A stretch of DNA of 64,000 nucleotides, from NCBI RefSeq assembly GCF_018977255.1, contig NW_024704742.1, positions 25,298,001-25,362,000 on the forward strand, in the 5' to 3' direction. The notes beneath the pieces were generated by a model that was not told the DNA's origin, did not search any database, and worked only from the letters and a program-made list of their open reading frames with translations. Positions 40,461-54,199 of this stretch are shown piece after piece. Source of the stretch: Callorhinchus milii. Lineage: Eukaryota. The position numbers and the translations under genes were made by a program. Within the stretch, counting starts at the first letter, position 1. Each line of letters starts with the position of its first letter.

Positions 40461-43400
40461 GTTTATAGCTATTACTGAATTATGTTCCTTCATAAGACAC
40501 AGAAAAAAACAATGAATTGTATATAATATTATAAAGGTGGGGATACGAATCTTGTAAAACATTCTGATGTCATACAATATGTGCATTGTTATAAAGCATT
40601 TCAGCCCACTACAACAAGTCCACTATCAGAGATCAGAAAAATAGCCCCCTCCCTTCCTAATCACAGCACCAGACTGGAGTGTGAGGGAGTTGTGACACAG
40701 AGCACCTTCTTCCATTTGTTTGATAAACAGCAACACCCCGCTAGAGCGTGAAGATACATAACACAATCACCATGGAGTCTGTTGTGAAATCCACCTGCTA
40801 CCCTTGGGAGCCTTGAGATAAAGTGAATATGAGTTTGTGCCTGGACACAGATCTCCACTGTATCACAAGGAAGCTGAAGTGTGGATCCATCGGTACTTCC
40901 TGGAAGAAGTATTTCACTAATAACAACTGTTTATATCAAAGTAGCCCAATCATTGAAATACCTTTCACGACGTGAGTGCGTGTGAGTCATGGACAAGACG
41001 CTGGCTATCAAGCTGCTCCTTTGTATTTTAGATACAACATTATTTTTGTTTAAAGTGATAGGTCTGCATGATTTGCAATGGATTACAATTTAGATTTGGG
41101 AATTAAGGATGAATCTTCCATGCATGTTGATGTTAAAAAATGCAACTTTGGGCGTGCCATTCGCTGGTGTTGAAAGGTACAGTGAAGTAGCATTGCTCGC
41201 ATTGAGGAGATGTTAATAATGTTCACCTGCAAACACCACTATCCCATCATAAGACCAATGTGGGGGTGAAAAAGCACAATTGGCCACTTGCCATTGGAAA
41301 AAGGGCCTCGTGGATTAAACTCCATTTCCTGTATGTTATGCCAACTCACCAGAGATTGCCTTGCAACCGAGATCTCCTGAATCAGTGTGATGTCCAAGGA
41401 GTTTCGTCAGGCTGGCTCTGGGGAACTCAGAGCAGAAAACATAGTATATGTCATGAGCCGCCAACAACTCCAGCACTTTCCTGAGAAGCACTTTTTCTAC
41501 TCCAATGCCCAAGTAGCTACACACCGTACAGCACCAGAGAAGTGCCAACCTTTGTGACCTTGGAACAGAAAGCTAAGTATTGAGGCAGCCTTCCAGCTAT
41601 GCTAGAGTGATGCAACTTAGCTTGGAACTGAAATAAACGTTTTACTTTGACCCAGCAATTATATTTTGATTACCTTTGCCTCTTTCACGCTATGAAATCA
41701 ACATGTTTGTTCAACAAATGGAAACGAGTCTGCTGAGAGCAAATTGTCTTAAATGTGTATCGGTCACCATTCACAACCTGACTAGTGAAGCAGTTTATAA
41801 TCACCCACATCTATTTTACTGGTAATTGCAACAACTGAATTCATTTCTTTCTCTACAGCATTTTTGCAAGTAATTGAAATGATAGATGACTCAATGCATG
41901 CACGCAAACTGAATCTCCAAGGAAAGATCCCTGAACTGTAAATCACTTGTGAGATCCAGTAAAGACGTTTCTCCAAATAGATAGAAAATGGAAACGGCAG
42001 GCACTGCAAATCTTAAATATAAGCAGAAATGTTGTGAGTCCACAGAAGACAAAATCAGCATCTGGGTAAGAAAATAGGTTTATCGTTTCTCTGTCTGACA
42101 CTGACTAGATCTGTTGTGGGTTGCCAATATTTTTTTAATGCTATTTTTCGCCTCAGAAGTATTGACAAAACAAAATGCCTGGAGAAAGTGCTCTTGCTAA
42201 ATTGCAGGACTGAAAGCATACAGGTTTTGAAAAAAGGAATCCTGGATTCGGGATGTCTTAGGCTGACCCTCTGGAATACTGCTTAGGTTGGCCAACAATC
42301 CTCCAGATAAAATCAATCATTTACTTCATAGCTGCTTGTATGATTTATGCTGTGCTCAAATTGACTGCCACAAAAAATACAGTCACTACATTCTATAGTA
42401 AATCATGTGAAGACCTCCTCCCACCAAATTATTATTATTATTTGGTCTAACTTTCCACTGCTCCTCTGTTGAATCCATTGTTTTACCAATAAGCTGCGAT
42501 TGATTTTTTATTACAGTAAAACTCACATAAATCTGATCTATATAAATTGTAAAATCGCCTAAGTCATACATCTAACTGAGTCCTGTTCAAGAGTTTATAC
42601 TCTATGCAAGTTTGGCATAATTCATACTTTGCATAAGTCATATTAAATGCATGGAGCCAACTAGTACTACTTATGTGAGGTTTATTGTATTAAACCCCCT
42701 CAGCTTCTCCGATTTAATTGTAATTTGGTAAATTTCTTTCATATGCAGCACTAGCAAGTACTGTTAAATGTTGTTTGTCAGCCCTGCAGACTTTGCAATA
42801 ATAGAACTACTTTAACTGCAGTGACATTTTGGTAAAGATTCCTCCCAAATGGTGCAGTACATTCAAGTACTTGCTTTTTTAATAGCACAATTTGAACTGG
42901 AGTTTCCGATGCTATGTTTTCTACAATTCAGATTATTGGTTTGATTTACTGAAGTCCTGATGTACAAATTGGAAATTGCCCCAAGTCACTGGGGATTTAT
43001 TTACTCGGTGAATGGGTCTGGAGCTCTTTCATTAACTTCTTTATGGAGCCACAGGGAAAACTCATCAGCATTGCTGTTCCCCATGGAGTAGCGTTGTCCA
43101 ATGCTATAAATCAGAATAACTGAATGCTCTAGTGACACACCACTTTGATACTGAAACAGAAGAAAACACATAAAGCGATGTTATTAATAACATAGTAAAC
43201 AGAGGAAACAGTGCTATTACGTTGAGAGATTGCACCAAAAGGCAAATTTGCTACTCTGTGATTTCATAAAATGAGAAATCAAAGAAAACAGTGCAAAGGG
43301 ATAACAAGAGCTAATTTACTGATCTTGACCTTGTGAAAGGTTATTTAGGTACAACTCGTGCAATATCCCACACAAAACAGATGAGTGGATAATGACTGGG

Positions 43401-43939
43401 TCACATCGTCAGCATTGAGACCAGTGAACAGTACAGAATTTGTGTAATGAAGAGCATAGATGTAGTAACCATTGTTGGGCATATCCAAGTGTAGGAGGAA
43501 AGTTCGAGAATGTATAGAACACCAGAGGCTCAGTCACATTGGTGTACATCCTGATTCAAAGTAACATTGACAAGAGACTGTAGGTAAACATTTCTCTCGC
43601 TTGATTTTATTCACAAGGTTTGAAATAATTGTGGCTTCATAAAAATGCAGTGTCTTCACGAGTAATTCGTTTCAAGACGTTTTGCACAGGACTTATTTTC
43701 ATGTAAATAAAACTTTTTTTCTGAGCCATCTTATAATTGCAGCTAGGCGAACCTTGGAATAAATAAATATAATTGAAGCATTTACCAGTAAAACAAATGG
43801 AGGTGTTCATGAGTCACCTAACGTTTTGAAAGAATTTTGTAATTTTAGTAAAATTATTGGTGGTTTGTGTCTTGTACACAGCGACATTCAATTGATTTAA
43901 TAGCAATGTAAAAATTGATTGATGTGTATGTATATTAAC

Positions 43940-44227
43940 AATAATTCTTACATTTGGTATATCGCCTTTCATGTTGGGAGGATGTCTTAAAGTGCGTCAC
44001 AGAATGTATTGCAATCAGAATGGCCAACTTGCACACAGCATTATCCTGCAAACAGCCATGAAATGAATGACCAATTTTAGGACACCAGCTCACCTCCTAC
44101 TTATTTAGCTAAATAGAGACTTGTAGAGTAAGGAAACTTACCTAACGTTTTGCCCTGCCCAGGAATCCAACCCAGGTGCTCTCGATTGCGAAGCGAGTGC
44201 TCCAACCATTACACTACAGGACTCCAC
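43940..44227 (-). mobile_element. Diverged tRNA-Ala SINE (A')
   Basis: Head ends ctacaggactccac; degraded Deu core and tail. Confidence 0.78.
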
Positions 44228-44314
44228 GCTTTTTTAAAAAAAGGAAACAATTCTTAACCACTTTGCTTGGTTGTTCCACACTTTGCAGCAAAATTTGCAC
44301 TTGTTTGATAATTT

Positions 44315-44400
44315 AAAATGGCACATTTTAGTATTGACTAATGAAGAACAAAAATGGCACATTTTAGTATTGGCTGATGAAGAACAAAAATGGCACATTT
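44315..44400. repeat. 35-bp tandem duplication (~2.4 units)
   Basis: aaaatggcacattttagtatt(g)..atgaagaac repeated. Confidence 0.85.
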
Positions 44401-45845
44401 TAAATTCACTGTAAATTGCTGTGTTTAGTGTGAATTAACATGGATCAATTCACAGTGAGCATGGGGGGCAACCTTCATTGCTCATGCCAAACCTCTACAG
44501 TGTAAATCAGCCTGACATGAAATTGGAGGTCAGGTCGATATTTCTGTACCTTTTTTCTCCCAAATGTAGTACTGGGGTTGTAAGCTTGAGTGGGATTAAC
44601 TGACCCATGGATAAAAGGCAATTAGTTGCCATGTAAAAGTGTACCAGTCCTTCTTCCGGGATAAAAGATTATTTTAATGTACTGGGAGTCCCAACCACAC
44701 GGTAATCCCTGCTGTCCTGTCAGGTTTACAGACAGCTTGGAAAATTCTTAGATTCTGTCTTAATTTGGAAGCTGCTTCTGTTTGAAAAACTGCATAAGAG
44801 TGACTTCCAAATTAAGGCTGGATTTAAGACTTTTCCACAATCCTTCACCATCTGAAATTGTAAAAAAATAAATTGTAAAACGATAAGGTATTACAGGCTA
44901 AGACTAGGTGGATTTTGGGCTTAATACACTGTGTGAAGCAGAAATGTTTGAGCAGGCTATGGTCATTATTTTAGCCTCTTTTGAACTGAATGTGTACTGT
45001 GTGAGTTGAGCGGCTGTTTCAGCGAGTTTTGGCTCATGAAGAACAAAATAAAAAGGCTGCCTGCATCTCGAAAGCCAAGAGACAACATCTGAAATCAGCT
45101 GTGAAATGGAAAGAGCTGGTTTAGTGCAACTTGCCTTGTCTATAATGAAGCCTAATCTAGTTCCTGGCAACAATAATGATAGAAGGACTGAACACAAAGA
45201 AATGCCACATTTCTTTCTAAAGAAAGAAAAGTCCCTGAATGCATGACTTGGTCGTTCTGTATATGTGTGTAATCCTGTCAAAAGAATTTAAAAAATCTTA
45301 TCTTATTCTAAAACAATTCCGCCCCCTGCCAAATCTTTGCCTTCCGTGACTTGGTGATGTGATACACATCTACTTACTGACAGAAATCAATATGTCCAAA
45401 AACTAGTCGAATATTGTTGCATATTTTTGACTCTTTCCCCTCTCCCCCCCACCCCCCACACTCCTCCCCAACATCACTCAGAGATTGTTATTGTGCAAAA
45501 TGGATGAATTTCCTAAGTACAATAGGGGAGGAGAGGGGTGCTTCTGCTGTAGTCAGGCTAAGCCCCAATGTTGTAACTAAACTTTGCTCTGTATCTGGTC
45601 CCTGTGCACTTGACCTGGGATTTATAATAATAACAATAATAATTGTATTTGATAAAGCACCTATTACATTGTTGAAATGGCTCAAAACGATTCACAGGAT
45701 ATACGCTGTAAGGTGTAGTGACTGTGTATTTTGTGGGCGAACACAACAGTCAATTTGCACACAGCAATGTCCCGCAAATAGTCATTGGCACCAGTGTCAC
45801 CACTTGTAAGTCAGGTACAGAGTAGATGCAGGTCAACGCTGCAGA

Positions 45846-45930
45846 ATAAATGTGACTGAGTATAAATGCGATTGGGTATAAATGTGACTCTGGTATAAAT
45901 GTGACTGTGGTATAAATGTGACTGCTATAC
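45846..45930. repeat. 17-bp minisatellite (tataaatgtgactgtgg); older degenerate array at ~47105-47290
   Basis: About 5 visible units. Confidence 0.75.
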
Positions 45931-48379
45931 AAAGCTTAAGCTTGTAATGCGGTATTCCTAAAGCTAATATTCTTCGGATGATCATAGAAATCCATATATC
46001 TTATTGAATATAGCGATTATGTTAATAAAGTACAATCTATCTTTAAGATCAATGTGGGACATTTTGCTTGGGCATGAACTACAGAGCTGCTGCTCAGTTC
46101 TCATCACCCCAACCCCATCCACAACCCCAGCTATTTGCTTTTTCAAACATTGCCAAATCTTTAACTGATTTTGATCAAATAATCTATGTTCAGATAACTT
46201 ACATTGATGTTTTAACAGTAATTATTGGGGTAGTGCCGGAACGAGTGAGATATACCAACCCTATTATTATATTAACTTTTACATATGAACTATGGTGCAT
46301 TCACCAGGCACGCTTTCATAAAGTTTTATCTGTTATCATAGAAATTCAAGTGAATTGCTTTTGTTCCCCGTTCTTGTCTTGAAAATAATGGGATTTAAAA
46401 ACAGAAACATTAATATCCAATCTGATGCCTCTGGGAGGTAGTTTGGCTCACATGAGTAACGGTTGGTGTCAGAATTCCAGTCAGGCACGTTGTGTGTAAC
46501 AGAAAATAGCTGTAATTGTTTTTTTTCTAAAGGCCAAGTATGTAAGTCTGATTTGACAGTAGATTGCAAAAGGACTCTGTGCATATGGAGCTATTATTAA
46601 CATGCACCTGCAATACGTAATAATAGGATACAAAGTTTTCATCAGAAGAAGAGACCATTTGGACCATTTATAATTTTATAATAATAATTCTTGCATTCGA
46701 TATAGCTTATCAAGTCGTTGAGACGTGTCAAAGCGCTTCACAAAATACACTGTACAGTGCATTGACTATATTTTGTGGGTGAAATGTGGCAGCCAATTGT
46801 GCACAGTAGTGTCCCACAAACAGTCATGGATTGAGTGACCAAATTTTTAATTTTTTTTTATCTGTGCCGGTGACATTCAGTCGCTAAGCTCAGACATGAA
46901 GAAACGTCAACATGGGCGAGATGGGATGGGATGGTAGATGCCTCAAGGAGTTCCGGCGTCAACACTGAACCTTGAGTAGTTAATGAATGTCATTCAAACA
47001 ACAAAGAGGTGAAAATGTAGTCTGTGATGTGATATTGTCACTAGTGATAAATATCACATCACAACCCATGTCCTAAGGTGTATTGCAGCCTTGAATATTC
47101 CGTAGTATATATACGACTGTAGTGTAAATGCAACTATAGTATAATTGTAGCTGAAATATAAATTCATCTGAAGTACATTTGTGACTGTAATATAAATGCA
47201 ACTATGGCGTAAATGTAACATTAGTGTAAATGCAACTACAATGTACTTGCGTCTGTCATATCAATTTAGCTATAGTATAAATACTGCAGGATAAGTGCAG
47301 CAATTTATAATTCTACAATTGTGAATTGTCATCCTAGTGTACGTTAAAAGCCATTAAGTGCCTTAATAATTCTTGCTTCAAATTGGTGATTTCATCACTC
47401 TCACACAGGCTAGTTCTTCCCTGCTTCTAAATGCTTCAAAGACAGTGCTGTGCACAATAAAACTATTCATTGCAGGTCTGTCGCAAGCAAATTTATCCAA
47501 AGAAAATTGTCAAATTCTCTTCCACTTAAATATTTATGTCCATCAATGAAAAACGCTGTTGGCTTCATTTTTTACAGTAAACCCTTAAATAAGTCATATC
47601 AGTTGGATATGATATGTAAAGTATGAATTATGTCAAACTTGCATAGAGTATAAATTCTTGAATGGTGCTTGGAAGATGTACGGTTTAGGTGGTTATACGA
47701 TTTATACAAATCAGGCTTATGTGAGTTGTACTGTACTGAAATCAGAGCTAAAGAATTAAAAACAAAGATGTTTTGTTTCTGCCAATTCCAGGGGAAAAAT
47801 TCAGCTGACAATTCTTTTCCCGTATGTATGTAAGAAGCACTGGTAGCTGGTAGCAGATTTTGCTGGTAGCAGATTTTATTCTACAATAAACAGGGACGAA
47901 AAACATGGAGCTTCTCCGATGACTCACTCATTTGTAATTGTAATTCTCTGTCACAAATCATGGTTGAAGAGTTCATATGTTCTTTAAGCCAGAATTGGGT
48001 AGATGTTTGAGAGGAATATTAAAGGTTAAGGGTAATTAACAACAGCCCAGCATTTCTCATGTCCTTAGCTTTAAGACTTTTTTATTATATAAAGGAAAAT
48101 ATAATTGTGCAGAATTTTTAAAAATTCCTTAATTCGTAAGCGGTTCGTTTTAAGACTGTTAATGTAGCCGACATTTATAAGAAGGTGGGCGTTGGACACA
48201 AATTCACAATGTTACCAATTAATTTGTTGCAAGGCAAGTGTTATAATGTTCACCAGCACAGTCAAATGTCCAATTTATTCATATTTTTGAATCCATTAGA
48301 TTTCCATTAAAAGAAGTTTTAAAGGTTTTTAGATAATGAATTGCGACATGATAATTGTCAAGTTGCTGCAATCACAATG

Positions 48380-49200
48380 TTCATTTATGAAGCACCCTTC
48401 ATGTTGGGAGAATATTTCAAACTACTTCACGTAGGCAATTGGGACAGCCTGAGCTGGGTGCAGAGGGTGAGAGGGAAAGGTGGCTGAAACCACGGTAGAA
48501 CCAGATGCCTAGATTGAGCACTGGTTCAGTGAGTCTGAGGGAGAGCCCAGGGAGGTTGAGGAGTTCAGATCCGCAGGAGTGAAGACGTTGATGGGAGTCA
48601 AGGAGTATGGCTTCCGTCTTGTCCACATTCAGCTGCAGGAAGGTTGCACTCATCCAGGCCCTGTGTCTGCCAGACAAGCTGATCGAACATCGGCAGACCT
48701 GGAATCGACGCTGGAGGAGGCAAAGTAGATTTATGTGTCATCCACATACATGTGGAAGTCTGCAGATGACATTACCAAGAGGGAGGAGAAACCATTTGCC
48801 AAAATGAAGTGGAGGTGGTTGGTTAAGTAGGCCTCAAACCATGCGAGTGTGGTTCTAGTAAGATGGATGAGGCAGGAGAGGCGATGGAGGAGAATGGAGC
48901 GTTCGACTGTGTCGAACTCGACGGAAAGATCCAATGTCTTCAGAGGAAGTCCTGGTCACAGATAGAGGACATCGTTTGTGACTTTGACAAGTGCTGTCTC
49001 TGAGATGTGGGAAAGGTGAAAACCAAACTGCAGGGGCCTGAGGAGGGAGTGGAAGGAGAGATGTGACTGAAGTTGCCCTGCAACAATGCGTTTCAGGACT
49101 TTAGCAAGGAAGGGTAGGTTGGAAATGGGACGGTAGTATGAGAGATCAGGGGGATCAAGGGTGGGTTTTATGTGGAGGGGTGTGATAACAGCGGTTTTCA
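48380..49200 (-). mobile_element. Degraded L2 RT region
   Basis: DLS.EFDTVE.SILL.RL, MYVDDT, WM..FLQLN.DKTE motifs on the minus strand. Confidence 0.85.
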
Positions 49201-49204
49201 GGTT

Positions 49205-49500
49205 TTCAGCTCCTGTTAACCATGCAAGCCGAAGACATATTGGTTAGGATGGTACTAGTTGAACAAGTAGCAAAAATTTTGAGGTCAGTGTTTTCAATGG
49301 CAAACTATTTGTTTTTGGTTGGTAAACTCAGCAGTACTAATACTCTCCGGTAAGCAGGGTGTGTCCCTTCAAGGACAGAGTATGCATTCTATTCCAAACA
49401 CACAGAAATTTCTACGTGTTGCTGCCATATCTATGTGGAACTCTCAGAGTGGTTTAGATATGCTTTAGCAGAGCAATGGGTTTCTGGTGACCAAAACAAA
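49205..49500 (+). repeat. Family C copy
   Basis: tcagctcctgttaacc..ggatggtactag..ggtaagcagg..gtgaccaaaa. Confidence 0.7.
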
Positions 49501-50127
49501 TAGGGTTGAGTCAGTCGATAAATGCCAATAGATGTGATTCCCTCATCTCAGTCACACTGGTATGCCCATTGGAGTGCCAGTTTGTGTGATCCCGTCTTGT
49601 TTGGACCATATTTACCAACAATGTAATAATTATTGCCACATGGTAGGATACATGTTCATCCCATCTTGTGAGTGATCTGTCATCCATTTTTACTGAGCAT
49701 TGACATTGATGTCTATTGTGTATTGTTTGGCATCAATGGTGAACTATCCATTGCGATGACATTTCCCATTCCAAACACACAATAACTAGTTCACCTTAGA
49801 TAGCTATGGCTTGTTAGACTCCACTGCCTGAACTGGTCGAACTCCCTGGACAACGTATCCCATTTGTCTTGTGAGCATCTGTCTGCAGTCCCTCAGTCAT
49901 CCAAACAAATTGGGTTTCTCTGGAACCAATCTAGATAGTTGAATTGTACTGGGTTGGAATTAGTGGGTTGCTTGTCCAAATGATTTTCATACTGTTGATT
50001 AATGATATATGGATTTTCATCTAGATAAGTATAAGTTAATGCATAATGAAACAGCAGCCATGAATATCTGATGAAGGGGTGGCCTTAACCCAATATGGTA
50101 AAAGATTTGAAAGTTTATCATTCACTG

Positions 50128-51376
50128 TAGGTTTCACATGCTGCCCACAGCACAGAAACAGCTCTGGTCAAAGTGACAAATGACACTCTGTCCATCTGCA
50201 ACCAGGGCTCCCACTGGTCTCCTCATCCTCCTTGACCTCTCTGCTGCCTTCAACACCGTCGACCGCTCTATCCTCATCCACTGCCTCTCCTCTCACCTCA
50301 ACCTTCACAGCTCTGTCCTTGACTGGTTCAGATCATACCTCTCTCAACGCCTCCACTTCATCTCTACAAACGGTTTCTCCTCTAGCCCCCACACCATCTC
50401 GTGCGGCGTTTCTCGGGCTCTGTCCTTGGTCCCCTCCTTTTCAATATCTATATGCTCCCTCTTGGTGACATCGTCCGCAGACATGTGTCAACTTCCAAGT
50501 CCTGGACGAGAGCCAACTTTCTTCAGTCGAATGTCAACAAGACCGAGGCTCTTCTGATTGGCTCCCGTCAGCACCTCCACACCTCAGGCGCTGACAGCAT
50601 CACCATCCATGGTTACACACTCCACCTTGCTAAGCCAGTCCGGAACCTTGGAGTCTTGTTTGACCCTCAACTATCCTTTCTACCCCACATCTGTGCCATG
50701 ACCTGCTCTGCCTTTCCCCACCCCGGCAACATGGCCCGGCTCTGCCACTGTCTCACACCGCAGTCCGCCGAAACCCTCATACACACATTCATTACACTGA
50801 GGCTTGACTATGCAAATTCCTTGCTTGTCGGCCTCCCTAACTCCTCCTGCCATAGGCTGTAGATCATCCAGAAATCTGCAGCCCATGTCCCCTCCCGCAC
50901 CAGGCTCCGTGACCCTATCTCCCCCATCCTCGCCCAACTCCACTGGCTTCCCATCATACCGAGGATACAGTTCATGACACTGGTCCACACCTTCAAAGCC
51001 CTTCCCCCTACTTCTGCAACCTCCTAACCCCCCTACCATCCTGCTCGCTCCCTCCGCTCAGTGGTCTCCGGCTTGCTTCACATCCCCCGCCTTGCTTGCC
51101 CCACTATTGGCGGGTGGACCTTCTGCCACTCTGCCCCCACCCTCTGGAACTGCATCCCACAGTCCCTCAGCTTCATCCCCTCCCTTGATTCCTTCAAGAC
51201 CCATCTAATGACCCTCCTCTACGACCGTGCTTTCAATCATCCTGCTTCCCACACCTGCCCTCCACCCTCCCTGATCCCGCCCCCCAGCTCGGGTCCGTAA
51301 CTCTGACTGTCCAGCGCCTTGCGACATCCTCCCGACGTGAAAGACGCTACACAAATGTAATTTTGTTGTTGTTGTT
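50128..51376 (+). mobile_element. L2-type LINE, RT region to 3' tail (frameshifted)
   Basis: [51 protein letters not shown], then the tail and (ttg)n. Confidence 0.93.
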
Positions 51377-51957
51377 TCACATCTATGTCAAACGCTAATC
51401 AAATTTTAGGTTGGATCTCGAGGATATTGGATCATAAGTATATTCTAGCCTTATGTAGATCACTGGTGTGGGCACATTTGGGATCAGGGTTAAAACTGAG
51501 ATATTCTGAAACTGCGACGACTGAATTAGTGAGTTCTGCTCATAATAGAAGTAAGTGTGTCAAGCCATCCTACTGATAACACTGTGTTAAAGCGGCATTC
51601 CCACAGACGGTGTAACACATTTCCAGTTACTGAAAGGAGTTTTAAATCCAGGTAATGAATACACATTTTTGACACGTTAAGTACTGTTTAAGACACAAGG
51701 TCACAAGTTGCCCTTCAGTGATTTGATCTCATCCTTTTAGAAACTCACCCTACTGGCCTCCTATCACAGTATTAAGCAGTTTTGTAAATGATTCCAGTGT
51801 CTTGGCCTCAACCTCCCTCCCTGGTAACTCTTGCAGCCATTCATTTTCCTCTGAGTAAAGCGATACTCACTGGTGCCTGCGTCTACAAATAGGCAGTCAC
51901 TCCACTTTAATTCATTTGAAGCGCTTTCAGATGTCTCAACAACATGATAAGTACTTA

Positions 51958-52273
51958 TGGAGTCCTGTAGCTCAGTGGTTAGAGCACTCGCTTTGCAAGA
52001 GAGAGACCTGAGTTCAATTCCAGGCAGGGCAAAACCTTGGGCAAGTTTCCTTACTCCACACATCTAATAATAATCCCTCCAAAACCGAAAACAATAATAA
52101 ATTGGTCATTCTTAATCTACGACTGTTTGTGGGACATTGCTGTGCGCAATTGGCTGCCGCGTTCGCCCACAAATATACAGTCAATTCACTTTACAGTGTG
52201 TTCTGTGAAGCGCTTTGGAACGTCCTCCTGACGTGAAAAGCGCTATATCAAATGCAAGGATTATTATTATTAT
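51958..52273 (+). mobile_element. tRNA-Ala SINE subfamily A inserted in an older SINE tail
   Basis: Full copy; the host tail gaagcgctttcagatgtctc...gataag resumes as tatcaaatgcaatgatt. Confidence 0.92.
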
Positions 52274-52779
52274 TTATCAAATGCAATGATTATTCTGAAA
52301 TTGTTTGTTCTGAAATTGCCCTTTCCAAACCTAAACCTATGTCCTCTTGTTCTGCTGTCTCAGTACATCCGAAAATATTGCTTTCTCAATCGCATTTAAA
52401 ATCTTATATACCTCAATAATGCCCACTCTGAGACGTCTCTTTTCAAAGACCTTCAAAGAGACAACGGGACTGAAAAGTGCTCTTCAGGAAAACAGTAGTG
52501 TTATTGGTGCCTCGCTGCCAGATAAACTGCCTTATGCTGTAAACTGTGTCTCCAACAAGTTTGAATTGTGATGATGTTTGGATGGATAGATGGAAATTTC
52601 TCATTTGCCATTTCTTATATCTTTAAATAAGTAGTTAATTTGAATTGAATACCATTGGCAAGCATTTCTTACTGATGTGGGTGAAGACAAATACATGCAG
52701 TAGCTCAATCCTAGACGCTATGGGAATGATTGGTGAAGTTACCCCACCAAGTTCAATAATGTGACTTGGTATTGGAGAA

Positions 52780-53080
52780 CCAGAACAAGCAATGGGAAGC
52801 TTGCCTGACAGTGCTTTCATTGTAATGCAGTTAAACCCCAGCAGTACCCCCACCGCACACTCTGGGGTCCCCAAGTCTAGACTCTCGCTAACCTGCACCT
52901 AATACTCTCCAGAATTAGGTAAGCAGGATCCGACCCTCCAGGGAGAGAGTGCGCATTCCATTGTAATATGGGAATTTCCATGTGAGGGTGGCAATGAAAG
53001 GAACTCTCAGTTTTGGGTGGATACTCTTAGGCATGGTGATGGGTTTCTGCAATTGGCAGACATCTGGCTGACCAAAAAAA
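52780..53080 (+). repeat. Family C copy
   Basis: acaagcaatgggaagcttgcc..ctctggggtccccaag..ttaggtaagcagg..ctgaccaaaaaaa. Confidence 0.78.
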
Positions 53081-53519
53081 ATTCTGAGATAAAAGCATTT
53101 GACTTTGGGTGTCTGTTTTTAAGGGGGGAGATATTTTTCATTGGCAGCTGCAACTAAAGTCGTGCTGGATCTACAAATAATGGACAGTGCCTGAAAAGTA
53201 ATAACGTGACTCAATCATTAAGTTGTATTTTTACAATCAGCAGTAATGAATGTTGTATTTTTTGCTCACTGAACAAAGTTTACGTGGATTCAATTTCAGT
53301 TTCTCTTGGATAAAAATTCCATTCAGTTTCACACATAACACCTTTGGGAGATCCCATTGGTGGCTGACATCAGCAAAGGCAATATGTGTAATGCTTAATG
53401 GAACTTTAACCCACCTGTTTCTAGTTGCTTCTTAAATACACTCTTCTCACAAGCCACTGGCACCCACCAACTCATTCTTTGTGTCATGAATCCTGACTGT
53501 AACACTGGTTCAATTTCAG

Positions 53520-53647
53520 GTGGGATCCCTTTTATCCTCACTGGCGAGCTGTTCGATCAGTCCTGCCGAGCTTCAGCGTTCATGATAGGAGGCACCGTGT
53601 CCTGGCTCTGCAACTTTGCCGTGGGACTGTTGTTCCCTTTCATTCAG
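53520..53647 (+). CDS. SLC2A9: SLC2A9/GLUT9 coding exon (GGIPF..GELF..R motif, TM11)
   Basis: aatttcag| ... |gtatgg; 128 nt, phase 1/0; (G)[42 protein letters not shown]; joins the previous exon in frame. Confidence 0.95.
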
Positions 53648-53797
53648 GTATGGTCCAAACATAGACTGGTGAATGCAGAGTGTTAGAACCACAACAGTGC
53701 AAAGTCATTTATACAGCAAGTGGAATAAATATTGTCCTACATGCTATAGAAGACAAACTCTTTCTATTTTATGTGCCACTAAACAGCATGAATTTCC

Positions 53798-54199
53798 AAA
53801 TAATATCTTGCATTTGATATAGTGCCTTTCACATCAGGAGTACGTCTCAAAGTACTTCACAAGATTTACCGTAAAATTTGCACACATGAAAATGTATTTG
53901 TTCCACAAACAGCCAAGAAGTGGGTGACCAATTTTATTTGGGGGAGATTTGTTGCCAAGCACACTGGAAGAATCTTCCTTTTCTTTTCAAATAGTGCTAT
54001 AACGTGCAGGCAGATGGCGCTTCGGTTTTAACATCTTATTTGAAGGACAACATCTCTGACAATGTAGTATATTCCCAGCACTGCACTGAAGTGTCAGCTC
54101 GTCCTAGACTACATACGAATTCCAACTCCTGATGTAGGAATTGAATCCATAACCTTCTGACTCAGAGGCGAGAGAGCTGCTAACTGAGTTAGGCTGACA
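53798..54199 (-). mobile_element. Deu-SINE subfamily B, full length
   Basis: Tail, Deu domain and head in reverse, about 150 nt after the fifth exon. Confidence 0.8.

Noticed and set aside
41859..41941. Alternative terminal or poison exon (strong acceptor, in-frame AFLQVIEMIDDSM...PEL*)
   Set aside because: No transporter homology and no transcript evidence; such acceptors are expected by chance in a 23-kb intron.
51958..52030. tRNA-Ala(TGC) gene
   Set aside because: It is the head of a multi-copy SINE, followed by the Deu core and LINE tail, with an imperfect T-arm and acceptor stem.
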